63,547 bases of DNA from Cryomorphaceae bacterium (GCA_949511925.1 CATEYX010000055.1:1-63547); one strand, 5' to 3'; shown: positions 1 through 10,032, counted from the first letter of the stretch. Notes: generated by a model from the letters alone, not told the origin. Translations and numbers: made by a program.

Positions 1-971
1 CCATTCCCAGAAAGGTTAGCCGCTTCAAAGTCATCAGAAAAATCAAGTGTATTACACACAGGGAAAATACATGATAAACTATCATTTACATTACAAGTAG
101 CACAATAATTAAGTGCTAAAGGATCTAAACATCCAGGGTATAAACATGAACCGTCATCAAATATAGCCAAAGGGTCATAATTTGAAGCAAACGGATCAGT
201 ACATCCTGCAGTACAAGTAGAATTTAAATTAAGATTCTGAGTGCCAGGAGCACCACCAGAAGCAACAACAAGAGCTACACCAGCAGAATCTAATGATAAA
301 GTCCAAGAAACTTCACCTTGCCATGCACCACCATCACAAGAAAGTATATAGCAACCATCAGGAATACAGAAGTTTTCTAACCCTGTAGAACCTGATAAAA
401 TAGTTCCAGTTGCAACAACATTACCTGAAAGATCAGATAAATTCCATACATTTCCGTTCCAACCATCTCCATAAGAATCCACCATGTCTAAAGTTAATGC
501 GTTATCCGCACAACCATAAGCACATGATCCGTCATCAAATGATGCTAGAGGATCGTAATTAGTTGCTGTAGGGTCTGTACAACCAGAAGTACAAATTACG
601 TTGATTGAAATGATATCAACACCAGACAGCCCGGTAATAAGACCTCCTGAACCATAAACGGTTCCAGCAGAGTCAATAATTTGATAAGTACCACCATTCC
701 AACCATCACCCCAAGAGTCATACAACTCCATAGCGTAACAGCCGTCAGCGACATCTACCCAATTGTCAATGGCAACACCATTGAGTGAGTAATAACCAGC
801 AAGAGTCGAATCTACCGTAGAACCAGCGTTGTCGACTAACGACCAACTGATTTCACCAGCAAACGATCCACCAGTTACTTGGACATTTACCCATGTAGCA
901 GAAACTGTAGACACTGAAAGTGCTAAAGCTGCTAGAAAGGTAAACATCATTTTACTAAACTTGTTTTTCAT
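1..971 (-). CDS. Partial (C-terminus off window) secreted Cys-rich repeat protein, likely cell-surface/T9SS cargo-like
   Basis: Minus-strand frame stays open to the window edge, so it is absent from the ORF track. ATG at 971-969. N-terminus MKNKFSKMMFTFLAALALSVSTVSA looks like a signal peptide. The body repeats the motifs DS[WY]GDGWNG, GE[IV]SW[ST]L and GCTDPxAxNYDPLAxFDDGSC. Confidence 0.7.
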   Translation of the reverse strand, partial: MKNKFSKMMFTFLAALALSVSTVSATWVNVQVTGGSFAGEISWSLVDNAGSTVDSTLAGYYSLNGVAIDNWVDVADGCYAMELYDSWGDGWNGGTYQIIDSAGTVYGSGGLITGLSGVDIISINVICTSGCTDPTATNYDPLASFDDGSCAYGCADNALTLDMVDSYGDGWNGNVWNLSDLSGNVVATGTILSGSTGLENFCIPDGCYILSCDGGAWQGEVSWTLSLDSAGVALVVASGGAPGTQNLNLNSTCTAGCTDPFASNYDPLAIFDDGSCLYPGCLDPLALNYCATCNVNDSLSCIFPVCNTLDFSDDFEAANLSGN

Positions 972-1462
972 AATACATGTTTTAATTATTAAATTGGTTA
1001 ATTATATGTAAAAAGCCACTATGCTGGGGCACAATGACTGAGTTACCGAAAATGAAATACGCGAAAAACCCACACCAATATAGGCGTGAATTCTGAACCA
1101 GTTTAACCTGATAAAAATAGTTTTTCGTCATAATTTTTCTTTGTTTTTGTCGTAAAACAAGACTGTAAACATAATAATTTTTTCTTACAAATCGAATTTT
1201 ATTGCATTAAAATTTGAGTTATTAACATGCTTTTATTAATAAAAGAAGCCAATAAATACTTTCACAAATTATTACGAATACTGAATGCTATTAGTTTCAA
1301 AATAAGGTGTTAATTCACAAAGAACTAATACAAAGAATAACTAACACATTATATATATAGGCGCAGCCACCAATAAAAATTTTAAATATTTACGCAATTT
1401 AATACTAATTTCATTCGTAAAATTGAGAATTGATAAAAAATTTAGGATAATGATAGTTTTTG

Positions 1463-1470
1463 TATATTTG
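1463..1470 (+). promoter_or_regulatory. Candidate Bacteroidetes -7 promoter box (TAnnTTTG) for the giant adhesin gene
   Basis: TATATTTG is a perfect match, 27 nt upstream of the ATG at 1497. Confidence 0.35.
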
Positions 1471-1496
1471 CCACCTTACAATAAATAAATAAGAAT

Positions 1497-4400
1497 ATGA
1501 ATAAATTTCTACTTCTACTTACTGCTACAATCTACTTAAGTGCAACTGCTATAGCACAGATACCAAATAATCTTTTAGTAAATACTATAAACCCAACAGA
1601 TGTTGATTTAAGCTGGGACGATAGCGGACCTAGTCCTTGCTCGTCAAATTATGGTTTTAGATACAAAGAATCTACGGCATCAAGCTGGACAAATCCAGGC
1701 GGAACAATTACTAATACTGGAGGTACACAATTTTATAACTTAAATGGATTAACGGATTTAACAACTTATAATTGGAAAGTTAAATGTGGAGGGGCATGGG
1801 AGAACGGACCTGACTTTACAACAACCTCCTCTTGTTCTAATATTATATCACAAAATAATACAGGATTCTCAAACGTTTACGGCTATGGTAATAATAACCA
1901 AACAATAGACACATTAGTAATTACAAACTTATCTAATTGCCCCCTTAATATTAGACCAGAATTTATTATTTCTCACCAAGACTCAGCAATAGAACAAGGT
2001 GATTTATCAATAAAGTGGTGGAATACAAATATAGGGACAGGAATTTGGTCAACAATTCAATATAGTATAAATGCTAATGGAGAGGCTATTGGTTTCTGGA
2101 ATTATCCAGCCTCAACTGATTCAACTGGACTAACATTAAATATAGCTCAAAGTAGTCCATTGATAATTAGAGTTCATTTTAATAATGCAAATAATAATCC
2201 AAATACAAATTTAGCACCACTTGGGAACTACTTAGCAACGTGGAATACACAAGAAGTTGACGCTTCAGGAAATTTTATTCAAACTTTAGCTACTAACAAC
2301 ATTCCATTAGCCCTTGTTGATTGTTCAATTTGGTTAGTTGATAGTACCAGCTTTACAAACAGCGCATGTATTGGTGTTGCCGGAGGAACAGCTTCTATTT
2401 TATCAGTAACTAACGGTACTGGACAATATAATTACACCTGGAGTGATGGACAAAATACAGCAACAGCTACTGGTTTATCTCCCGGAACGTATACATGTAT
2501 AGTGGAGGATGCCAATTGGGGATGTGGTGAGCAAAAAAGTTTCACCATAGCTCAGGCAGACTCTCTAAATGCATCTTTAACAGGAACTAACATTACTTGT
2601 AGTGGCCTTACTGATGGTACTCTAGCGGCAATAGCAACAGGAGGTTCAGCATCATACAAATATCAATGGACCCCAACATTAGCTCCGAGTCCAAATCAAT
2701 CTGGATTAAGCGCATCACTCTATACTTTAACACTAATTGACATAACTTGTGGAGGCTATGTCACTGCAAATTTTAACATAACAGAGCCTGACCCTTTACA
2801 ACATAACACTATTAGTTCTCAGAATTTTTCTTGTGACAGTTTAAATTGCACAGGAGGTATTAACTTAAACTTATCAGGAGGAAATGCACCATATTCTATT
2901 TCTTGGAGTAATGGTGATTCATTAGCAGTAAGAAACAATTTATGTGCTGGAACTTATACAATAACAGTTAATGATTCAAACTCTTGCCCGCCTTTAGCTA
3001 TTACTAGAACAATTAGCAATACCCCTAGTACTCCATCTATAACTATTCTACCAACAGATAATTTTTCATGCGACACTAGTATTTGTAATGGCGAAATAAA
3101 TATCACAGAAAATCCCGGAGCAACACCTTACACCTATTTATGGAATAATAGTAATACAAATACTAACCTATCTGGATTATGTTCCAGTTCAAATTCTGTT
3201 GTTGTTACCGATACAAATTCATGTATTTTTGACACATCAGGGATAATAATAAATTTTAATTCTTCTTCATTACCAGAGTTAACGATAACAGGAAACAATG
3301 TGAGTTGTAGCAATGCTGGAGATGGAAGTGCTATTATTTCTTCAATATCTAATTTATCATATTGCCCTTCAGGACCTGGTACACCAGACTATTCAAATAT
3401 TGAGCTAGTGCGCTTGGTTGGTGATGGAGATTCTATTGTTAATAATACAGCAAATCTTGCTGACACATATGAAGACTATACCTCACAATTCACAACCCTA
3501 ACACCTAATCAAATTTATTCTCTAGATATAGTTTTGGGAGTTTACAACCCTTTAGGTACTGGATGGTTTTCAGGTGCTAAGGCTTATATTGATTGGAATA
3601 TTGATGGTGATTTTGATGATATTGGGGAGGAAATAGGAGTAATATCAAATCAAGATAATACAATCCCAACTCAAGCTACTTTATCATTCACAGTCCCAAG
3701 TAATATGATCTCAGGACCAACAAGACTTAGAGTAGTTTCTCAATTCGATAATGATGTATTTGGAGCATGTGAAGACGGAGTCTTTGATATGATAAACTTT
3801 ATATTCACAGACCCGACCTATGGTGCAACTGAAGATTATACTGTAGTAATCAGCGGTTCTATTCCACCTACTTATTTATGGAGTAATGGTGCAACTACAC
3901 AGCAAATAACTGGATTATCTGCAGGAATTTATTCTTGTATACTAACTGATAATAATGGATGTAGTAATACAGATACAATTGAAATTTTGGAAGCTGCACC
4001 AATAACAGTTTCGAGTTCCATTACAGACATTGACTGTAACGGATTAAATAATGGTACAGTAACATTATCTATAACAGGAGGAACTTCACCTTATACTATT
4101 AATTGGAATGGATCTGACACTAACGCATTATATAGCGGACAACATAATTATACAATAACAGATAATAATGGTTGTATATTCTCTGATTCAATTCTTATTT
4201 TTGAACCAGCAGTAATGACCTTAACATCATTAATCTCAAATAACATAACCTGTTATAATGATTCTGACGGATCAATTGACTTAATTGTAAGTGGTGGTAG
4301 CGGTACGTATTCCTACTCTTGGAGTAATGGTGCTATAACTCAAAATTTATCAAATATTTCTGATGGACAATATCTAGTCACAGTTACTGACACCAATAAC

Positions 4401-7400
4401 TGCATACTTAATGACACAATAATAATTTATGAGCCTGATAGTTTATCAATTACCATTGACAACATAACTGACCAAACAAGTTGCTCTCCTGTTAATGGAA
4501 GTATTAGTATATCCACAACCGGAGGAACCAATCCATATTCATTCTCTTGGAGCAATGGAGAAACTACTGAAGATATCACATCTCTTACAGCAAACACATA
4601 TATCCTATCATTATATGACAACAATAGCTGTTTCGCTCAAGACACATTTGTAATAACTTCTTTAACAGCTCCAATAATATTATCTTTGGATAGCAGTAAT
4701 TATAATGGATCTTCAATTTCATGTAACAATTCTAATGATGGATACTTAGTTGCCAATACAAGTGGCGGTTCAGGAAGTTTATCAGTATTATGGAGTAATG
4801 GAAGTACAAGTGATACTATTATTAATTTATCCGAAGGATTATACAGTGTAACTGTTAGTGATAGTGCCAACTGCTCATATTCAGATAGCATTTACATTTA
4901 TGAGCCACAAGCAATATCAGTATATCGACAAGCAGGGCAAGGAAATTGTGCATCCCTAAATCAAAACATAGCAATAACACTAGTTATAACCGGAGGAACT
5001 CCGGGCTATTTAGCCAATTGGTACGGAATTAATCCTGATTCATTAATACTTGACTCTACTTACTCATATACTATAACAGATACAAATAATTGTTATATCA
5101 CAGATACATTTACCCTTAGCTTAGCGGCTCCATTAACTATGTTAGGTAGCAAAACTGATGTAGGATGTTATGCTGATAGTACAGGAACTGCTTCTTTTCA
5201 AATTACTGGTGGAACTCTACCTTATTCCTTCACATGGAGCAATGGCGATACATCAACTATAGCTCAAAATCTTCCAGCAGGATCCTTCACATGTACCGTG
5301 TCAGATTATAATGGCTGTAGTATTAGTGATTCAATAATTATTAGTGAACCAAGCCTTTCATTATCTACTACGTTAAGTGTAATTGATCCTATCAATTGCT
5401 ATGGAGACAATGGAACTGCAAATATAGCTGTTACCGGAGGAGTTTCGCCATACAACCTATTGTGGTCAAACTTACTGACAGATACTATCTCTATTGATAC
5501 ATTAGCAACAAACTTAATAGTAGGCTTTACCTATTGCACAATTAAAGACGACAATAACTGTATTCTTAGGGATTCTATATTTATTAATGAGAATGATAGC
5601 CTTTACACTATAAACACTATATCTGATTACAATAATTATTCTGTTTCATGTAATGGACTAAATGATGGATCAATTAACATTTCAATTATTGGAGGATTTG
5701 GACCCTTTAATACAAAATGGAATAATATAAATGACTCTACTTATATTGATAGTTTATCTCAAGGAACATACACTTTAGAAATTGAGGATTCTTTAGGGTG
5801 TCAATTTAATATGCTGGTAACAATTACTGAGCCAAGTCAAATAAACATGATAAAAACACATGAAGATGCTAGCTGTCATGGATATAATGATGGATCATTA
5901 TCTTTCTCTATAGCTGGAGGGCTTCCCTCATACTCTATCTCAGGAGCAACAATTAATCCATCAGTAAATTCAGATACTGTATCGATTGATAGTGTATACG
6001 CTAGCACGCAAATTTTTACAATAATTGATCAAAATAACTGTATTTATATTGACAGTATTATAATCTCAGAACCCTCTGCTATTTTTGCCCATACGACTTT
6101 ATCCAATTTTAATGGTGTAAATGTTAGTTGCAAAGGGCAAAGTAATGGATTTATAATTCTTGATTCAATATCAAATGGTATTGTACCATATAATTTTTAT
6201 TGGTCAGATGCTAATGGAGTCTCTTTAATCAATTTTCCAGTTAACGATTCTTTATCAGTTGGAAATTATTCCTTAACTATATCGGACGGTTCAGCTTGTC
6301 CGCCCTTAGTTCAAGATTTCTTTATTACAGAGCCAAATTTCGGATTAATCTCACATATTGATTCTTTTAATGTAACATGTTATAATGATTGCAATGGAAC
6401 ATTGATTCCAACATCATTTGATGGAACACCTCCATATAACTTCACTTGGACTTACCCAAATGGATTAATAGATGTTAATGATACTATCAATGACCTATGT
6501 CCGGGAAATTATGACTTATTAGTTACAGATGCCAATGGATGTAATAATATTCTTAGTTCATCTATTACTGAACCATCTCCTATCTCAATTCAACTTTCAA
6601 CTCTCAATAATGTTAGTGTTTATGGTAATAATGATGGAGCTATATCTGTACAAGCAAATGGCGGAAATGGAAACTTCACTTATTCATGGAGTAATGGAGG
6701 AAATACTGACTCAATATTTAATTTAACAGCAGGAATATATAATGTTATGATGGTTGATACATTAGGGTGTTCAGACTCTTCTGTTTATTTGATTACTGAA
6801 CCTTTAGCTCTAACTCTTAACTTTAACAGCTTAAATAGCAACCTATCAACTAGTTGTTATGACAGTTGTAACGGATCAATTTACATCAATCCTTTATTTT
6901 CTCCTTTAGCAACATTTACAACTTACTGGAATGGTCCAAATGGATTTAGCTCAACAGATGAAGATATATTTAATTTATGTGCAGGAGTATATAATTTATC
7001 AGTCATATCTGGTGGGGATTCAACACACTATATTTTTGATGTAACTCAACCAAATGAGCTTGAAGTTTCTATATACACAGACAGTATTCTATGTTATAAT
7101 AGTAATGCTTTATTAACAGCCTATACTTATGGGGGAACATTACCTTATTCATTTACATGGAGTGATAGTACTTCAAATATCAGTACAATACTAAGTGCAG
7201 GAATTCATAATATACAAATAACAGATGCAAATGGCTGTATAGTTAGGGATACTACTACATTATTAAACCCTGACACAATGATTATAACAACTGCAATTTC
7301 AAATATTAGTTGTTACAATGGTTCAGATGGAATTATTAACTTATTAGTAAGTCAAGGGGCTCCTCCATACATATTTTCAGTAAATAATGGAATAAGTTAC

Positions 7401-8417
7401 CAAAGCAATAATAACTTTATGGGCCTATCTTCTGGAAATTATACTATTAAGATAATGGATAGTAATAACTGTTCGGAAAATACAAATATCACTATTGATA
7501 ATCCTTTACCCTTCACAGCAACAATAGATATATTAAATTCAACTAGTGTTAGTTGTTACGGATTATGTGATGCGACACCAATCTTCTTAACTACAAATGC
7601 TATTGGGAGTGTAACACAAGATTGGGGTGTTAATAATGCAACACCTTTATGTGCTGGGACTTACAGCTGTTCATTAACAGACGGGAATGGATGCATTACA
7701 ACAGTAAATAATATTACAATTAGCCAACCTGACCCACTTGTTTTAACTTTTTCTAATGAAGATACTACTACTTGTAATAATAATGGAGATGATGGTTTGG
7801 CTCAAGCAACTATTCAGGGAGGTACAGGTTCTTATGATTTCTTATGGTCAAATGGGGAGATCACTCAATCTATTTCAAATCTTATTCCTGGGATATATAA
7901 TGTAAATATTACAGATGTAAATGGATGTTCAATATCTGACGATATAACAATCATAAATAATCCTACACCATTTTTAATTGGAATAACATATAATTCTAAT
8001 ATTCTAAGTGCAGACTTATCTAGTGGAGGAGTGCCAAATTCATATATTTGGAACACAGGTGAAATAACTCAGAATATTTCACCAATCTCAAATGGCCAAT
8101 ATTGGGTTATTGCTGAAAGTGCCTTAGGCTGCATTTCTGACACAGCATTTAATAATGTAAATGATCTAATTAGTGGTACAACAAGTATTCAATCCACTAA
8201 ACTCAAAATTTTTCCAAATCCAACATCAGGATTAATAAATATTTATTCAGATGATAAAATAACTGAATTATCAATCGTTAACAATATTGGAGAAGAAGTA
8301 CTATTTAAAAATATAACTACATCAAAATTAGACATTTCACATCTTCCAAGTGGAATATATTTTATACGTTTAAAAGTAAATAATCAAATAGTAAATCATA
8401 AAATATTACTTCAATAA
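1497..8417 (+). CDS. Giant (2306 aa) SprB-repeat surface adhesin with an FN3-like N-terminus, an embedded GEVED domain and a type-A T9SS C-terminal sorting domain
   Basis: Signal peptide MNKFLLLLTATIYLSATAIAQ. About 23 repeats of roughly 70 aa with the pattern C.G..DG.....(T/S)GG..PY.(Y/F).WSNG......(L/I)..G.Y.V.V.D.N.C, which is the SprB-repeat pattern. The C-terminus KIFPNPTSGLINIY...GIYFIRLKVNNQIVNHKILLQ resembles a Por_Secre_tail (TIGR04183-like) domain. Confidence 0.9.
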   Translation: MNKFLLLLTATIYLSATAIAQIPNNLLVNTINPTDVDLSWDDSGPSPCSSNYGFRYKESTASSWTNPGGTITNTGGTQFYNLNGLTDLTTYNWKVKCGGAWENGPDFTTTSSCSNIISQNNTGFSNVYGYGNNNQTIDTLVITNLSNCPLNIRPEFIISHQDSAIEQGDLSIKWWNTNIGTGIWSTIQYSINANGEAIGFWNYPASTDSTGLTLNIAQSSPLIIRVHFNNANNNPNTNLAPLGNYLATWNTQEVDASGNFIQTLATNNIPLALVDCSIWLVDSTSFTNSACIGVAGGTASILSVTNGTGQYNYTWSDGQNTATATGLSPGTYTCIVEDANWGCGEQKSFTIAQADSLNASLTGTNITCSGLTDGTLAAIATGGSASYKYQWTPTLAPSPNQSGLSASLYTLTLIDITCGGYVTANFNITEPDPLQHNTISSQNFSCDSLNCTGGINLNLSGGNAPYSISWSNGDSLAVRNNLCAGTYTITVNDSNSCPPLAITRTISNTPSTPSITILPTDNFSCDTSICNGEINITENPGATPYTYLWNNSNTNTNLSGLCSSSNSVVVTDTNSCIFDTSGIIINFNSSSLPELTITGNNVSCSNAGDGSAIISSISNLSYCPSGPGTPDYSNIELVRLVGDGDSIVNNTANLADTYEDYTSQFTTLTPNQIYSLDIVLGVYNPLGTGWFSGAKAYIDWNIDGDFDDIGEEIGVISNQDNTIPTQATLSFTVPSNMISGPTRLRVVSQFDNDVFGACEDGVFDMINFIFTDPTYGATEDYTVVISGSIPPTYLWSNGATTQQITGLSAGIYSCILTDNNGCSNTDTIEILEAAPITVSSSITDIDCNGLNNGTVTLSITGGTSPYTINWNGSDTNALYSGQHNYTITDNNGCIFSDSILIFEPAVMTLTSLISNNITCYNDSDGSIDLIVSGGSGTYSYSWSNGAITQNLSNISDGQYLVTVTDTNNCILNDTIIIYEPDSLSITIDNITDQTSCSPVNGSISISTTGGTNPYSFSWSNGETTEDITSLTANTYILSLYDNNSCFAQDTFVITSLTAPIILSLDSSNYNGSSISCNNSNDGYLVANTSGGSGSLSVLWSNGSTSDTIINLSEGLYSVTVSDSANCSYSDSIYIYEPQAISVYRQAGQGNCASLNQNIAITLVITGGTPGYLANWYGINPDSLILDSTYSYTITDTNNCYITDTFTLSLAAPLTMLGSKTDVGCYADSTGTASFQITGGTLPYSFTWSNGDTSTIAQNLPAGSFTCTVSDYNGCSISDSIIISEPSLSLSTTLSVIDPINCYGDNGTANIAVTGGVSPYNLLWSNLLTDTISIDTLATNLIVGFTYCTIKDDNNCILRDSIFINENDSLYTINTISDYNNYSVSCNGLNDGSINISIIGGFGPFNTKWNNINDSTYIDSLSQGTYTLEIEDSLGCQFNMLVTITEPSQINMIKTHEDASCHGYNDGSLSFSIAGGLPSYSISGATINPSVNSDTVSIDSVYASTQIFTIIDQNNCIYIDSIIISEPSAIFAHTTLSNFNGVNVSCKGQSNGFIILDSISNGIVPYNFYWSDANGVSLINFPVNDSLSVGNYSLTISDGSACPPLVQDFFITEPNFGLISHIDSFNVTCYNDCNGTLIPTSFDGTPPYNFTWTYPNGLIDVNDTINDLCPGNYDLLVTDANGCNNILSSSITEPSPISIQLSTLNNVSVYGNNDGAISVQANGGNGNFTYSWSNGGNTDSIFNLTAGIYNVMMVDTLGCSDSSVYLITEPLALTLNFNSLNSNLSTSCYDSCNGSIYINPLFSPLATFTTYWNGPNGFSSTDEDIFNLCAGVYNLSVISGGDSTHYIFDVTQPNELEVSIYTDSILCYNSNALLTAYTYGGTLPYSFTWSDSTSNISTILSAGIHNIQITDANGCIVRDTTTLLNPDTMIITTAISNISCYNGSDGIINLLVSQGAPPYIFSVNNGISYQSNNNFMGLSSGNYTIKIMDSNNCSENTNITIDNPLPFTATIDILNSTSVSCYGLCDATPIFLTTNAIGSVTQDWGVNNATPLCAGTYSCSLTDGNGCITTVNNITISQPDPLVLTFSNEDTTTCNNNGDDGLAQATIQGGTGSYDFLWSNGEITQSISNLIPGIYNVNITDVNGCSISDDITIINNPTPFLIGITYNSNILSADLSSGGVPNSYIWNTGEITQNISPISNGQYWVIAESALGCISDTAFNNVNDLISGTTSIQSTKLKIFPNPTSGLINIYSDDKITELSIVNNIGEEVLFKNITTSKLDISHLPSGIYFIRLKVNNQIVNHKILLQ
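3360..3850 (+). other. GEVED-like domain inserted in the SprB-repeat array of the giant adhesin
   Basis: Stretch YCPSGPGTPDYSNIELVRLVGDG...YEDYT...DWNIDGDFDD.GE...LRVVSQ...CEDG...GATEDYTVVIS interrupts the 70-aa repeat periodicity. It ends with the G-x-x-ED-Y signature. Confidence 0.6.
8199..8414 (+). other. T9SS type-A C-terminal sorting domain (CTD) of the giant adhesin
   Basis: KLKIFPNPTSGLINIYSDDKITELSIVNNIGEEVLFKNITTSKLDISHLPSGIYFIRLKVNNQIVNHKILLQ matches the canonical FPNPxxG...G.Y......N motif order. Confidence 0.85.
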
Positions 8418-8457
8418 TTTTTCATACTTTGCAATCGAAATAGAAAACTATACAAAA

Positions 8458-10032
8458 ATGATAAAAAAGACTCTTTACCTATTAGTAATTACACTAGTAA
8501 CTTTCACATCTGGCATTACTGCAAGTAACTTAGACTCAACACTATACAATTCTAATCTTAAAGCATTTACATGGGAACCAATTTCAGATGTAAAAGATAT
8601 TTTACAATATGAAAACCCTAAAAATTTAACTAAACGAGCTATTGACCAGTCAAAGTTAGCGGAAGTACATTATTCTAGTGCAGTAGAATTAATGAAAAAG
8701 AAAGAATACACTTCTGCTATCAATGAATTCAAAAGCGCAATGAAAAGGTATAAAAGAGCTAAACTAAGTGATGATGGATTAAATTTCATTAGAGTTAACA
8801 TGGCATTATGCTATGCTAACTCAGGAAACAATGAAGATATCGCTCTTAGTAAACGTTTCTTGAACCTAGTTACTTCTAAAATATATTCTAATAGCAATTG
8901 GACATATAATACTGCTATAGCTCACTATAAAATTGGAAATTTTTCTGAAGCAGCATCATTCCTTAGTTCGATTATCAGAAAAGATGAATTTGATTTCCAA
9001 TCATATGTAACACTTGAAGATATATATAGAAACTCTGGAAATGAAAAAGATGCTGATAAAGTGATTGAGAGAATGGAAACAGCTAAGGCTAAACTAATCG
9101 CACAGAATCAAAAATCAAAACCATCTAAAAAACAAAAAACAAAAAAAGAAAAAAATAAAAAATTCATCCCTAAAGGAGAGCGTCCAGACATAAAAAATCT
9201 TAAAATCCAAAGTAAAGATGATCATCTTCAATATAATAAAGTTGACAGAATTAACGATAGAAGTATGATTCAAATTCAAGAAGGAATTGGAGAATACAAC
9301 CTTGGTGTAAAAGCTTTGAGCAACAAAGAATATACAACTGCACAGGTGCATCTTAAGAATACTGAAAAGAAATTAAAAAGAGGAAAAATAAATGATGATG
9401 GATTAAACTTTACAAGAGGAAACTTAGCTATTGCTTTCTTAGCAAGTGGAGAAAAAAGAGGAATAGGGCAATCTAAAAGACATCTAGGAAAGTTAACTCC
9501 TAAAATATATAAAGACAGAAAGTGGACCTATAACCTAGCAGTTGCTCATTATACTTTTGCAACTAATTCAAGAGGAGCAACAAAGTCAGAGTATATGAGC
9601 AAAGCAATAAAACTATTTAAAACAGTTATTAAAACAGATAGGTTATTTCTTCCTGCTCATGAAAATTTAATCTACATATTTAAAGAAATAGATGAGGATA
9701 GTAAAGCAATTAGAGCACAACAGAACTATGAAAAATGTAGAAATGAACTAATAAAATCATTTAGCAGACAAGATCAAGTAGCACTTGGTATGAGTGATTT
9801 ACACATTTTTAGAGTGAAACTTGGTACATTTGGAGAATATAACACGCCAGCAACTTTATTTGATGAAGATGAGCTAATAACAATTCCTATTAATGAAAAT
9901 AATACTACCTATATAGCAGGGATGTTTTATAACCTTGAGGATGCAATTAAATATCAGAAAAGAATGTTGCGAAAGGGATATGAAAATGCACTAATAATAG
10001 CATATAAAAATGGCAATGAAATAGAGTTTTAA
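8458..10032 (+). CDS. Secreted TPR-like protein with an internal ~140-aa tandem duplication, a Lys-rich linker and a C-terminal SPOR-like domain
   Basis: Signal peptide MIKKTLYLLVITLVTFTSGITA. Residues about 66-206 and 273-425 are paralogous (LSDDGLNFIRVNMALCYANSG...SNWTYNTAIAHY versus INDDGLNFTRGNLAIAFLASG...RKWTYNLAVAHY). The C-terminus FRVKLGTFGEY...YIAGMFYNLEDAIKYQKRMLRKGYENALIIAYKNG looks SPOR-like. Starts 40 nt after the adhesin stop. Confidence 0.6.
   Translation: MIKKTLYLLVITLVTFTSGITASNLDSTLYNSNLKAFTWEPISDVKDILQYENPKNLTKRAIDQSKLAEVHYSSAVELMKKKEYTSAINEFKSAMKRYKRAKLSDDGLNFIRVNMALCYANSGNNEDIALSKRFLNLVTSKIYSNSNWTYNTAIAHYKIGNFSEAASFLSSIIRKDEFDFQSYVTLEDIYRNSGNEKDADKVIERMETAKAKLIAQNQKSKPSKKQKTKKEKNKKFIPKGERPDIKNLKIQSKDDHLQYNKVDRINDRSMIQIQEGIGEYNLGVKALSNKEYTTAQVHLKNTEKKLKRGKINDDGLNFTRGNLAIAFLASGEKRGIGQSKRHLGKLTPKIYKDRKWTYNLAVAHYTFATNSRGATKSEYMSKAIKLFKTVIKTDRLFLPAHENLIYIFKEIDEDSKAIRAQQNYEKCRNELIKSFSRQDQVALGMSDLHIFRVKLGTFGEYNTPATLFDEDELITIPINENNTTYIAGMFYNLEDAIKYQKRMLRKGYENALIIAYKNGNEIEF

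Noticed and set aside
829-1011. 60-aa plus-strand ORF in the track
   Set aside because: It lies antisense to the 5' end and signal peptide of the much longer minus-strand open frame (1-971). Its low-complexity hydrophobic tail is read from AT-rich promoter DNA. Judged spurious.
1012-1496. A 485-nt divergent intergenic region as a possible sRNA or small-ORF locus
   Set aside because: I saw only weak AT-rich hairpins (for example TGTTTTtgtcgtAAAACA near 1141-1160) and a -7-type promoter box. Nothing I can support beyond two divergent promoters.
4427-8056. Four short ORFs (63-65 aa) inside the giant adhesin gene (4427-4624, 4700-4891, 6529-6726, 7865-8056): three antisense, one same-strand in an alternative frame
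   Set aside because: All are fully embedded in a 6.9-kb ORF with strong repeat and domain logic. None has a recognisable motif. They are shadow ORFs produced by the repeat composition.
9115-9175. A-rich tract (runs of A5-A7) as a possible slipped-strand phase-variation site
   Set aside because: The runs are short and interrupted. They encode a plausible Lys-rich linker (KSKPSKKQKTKKEKNKK) between the two duplicated halves. Nothing suggests a frameshifted allele.
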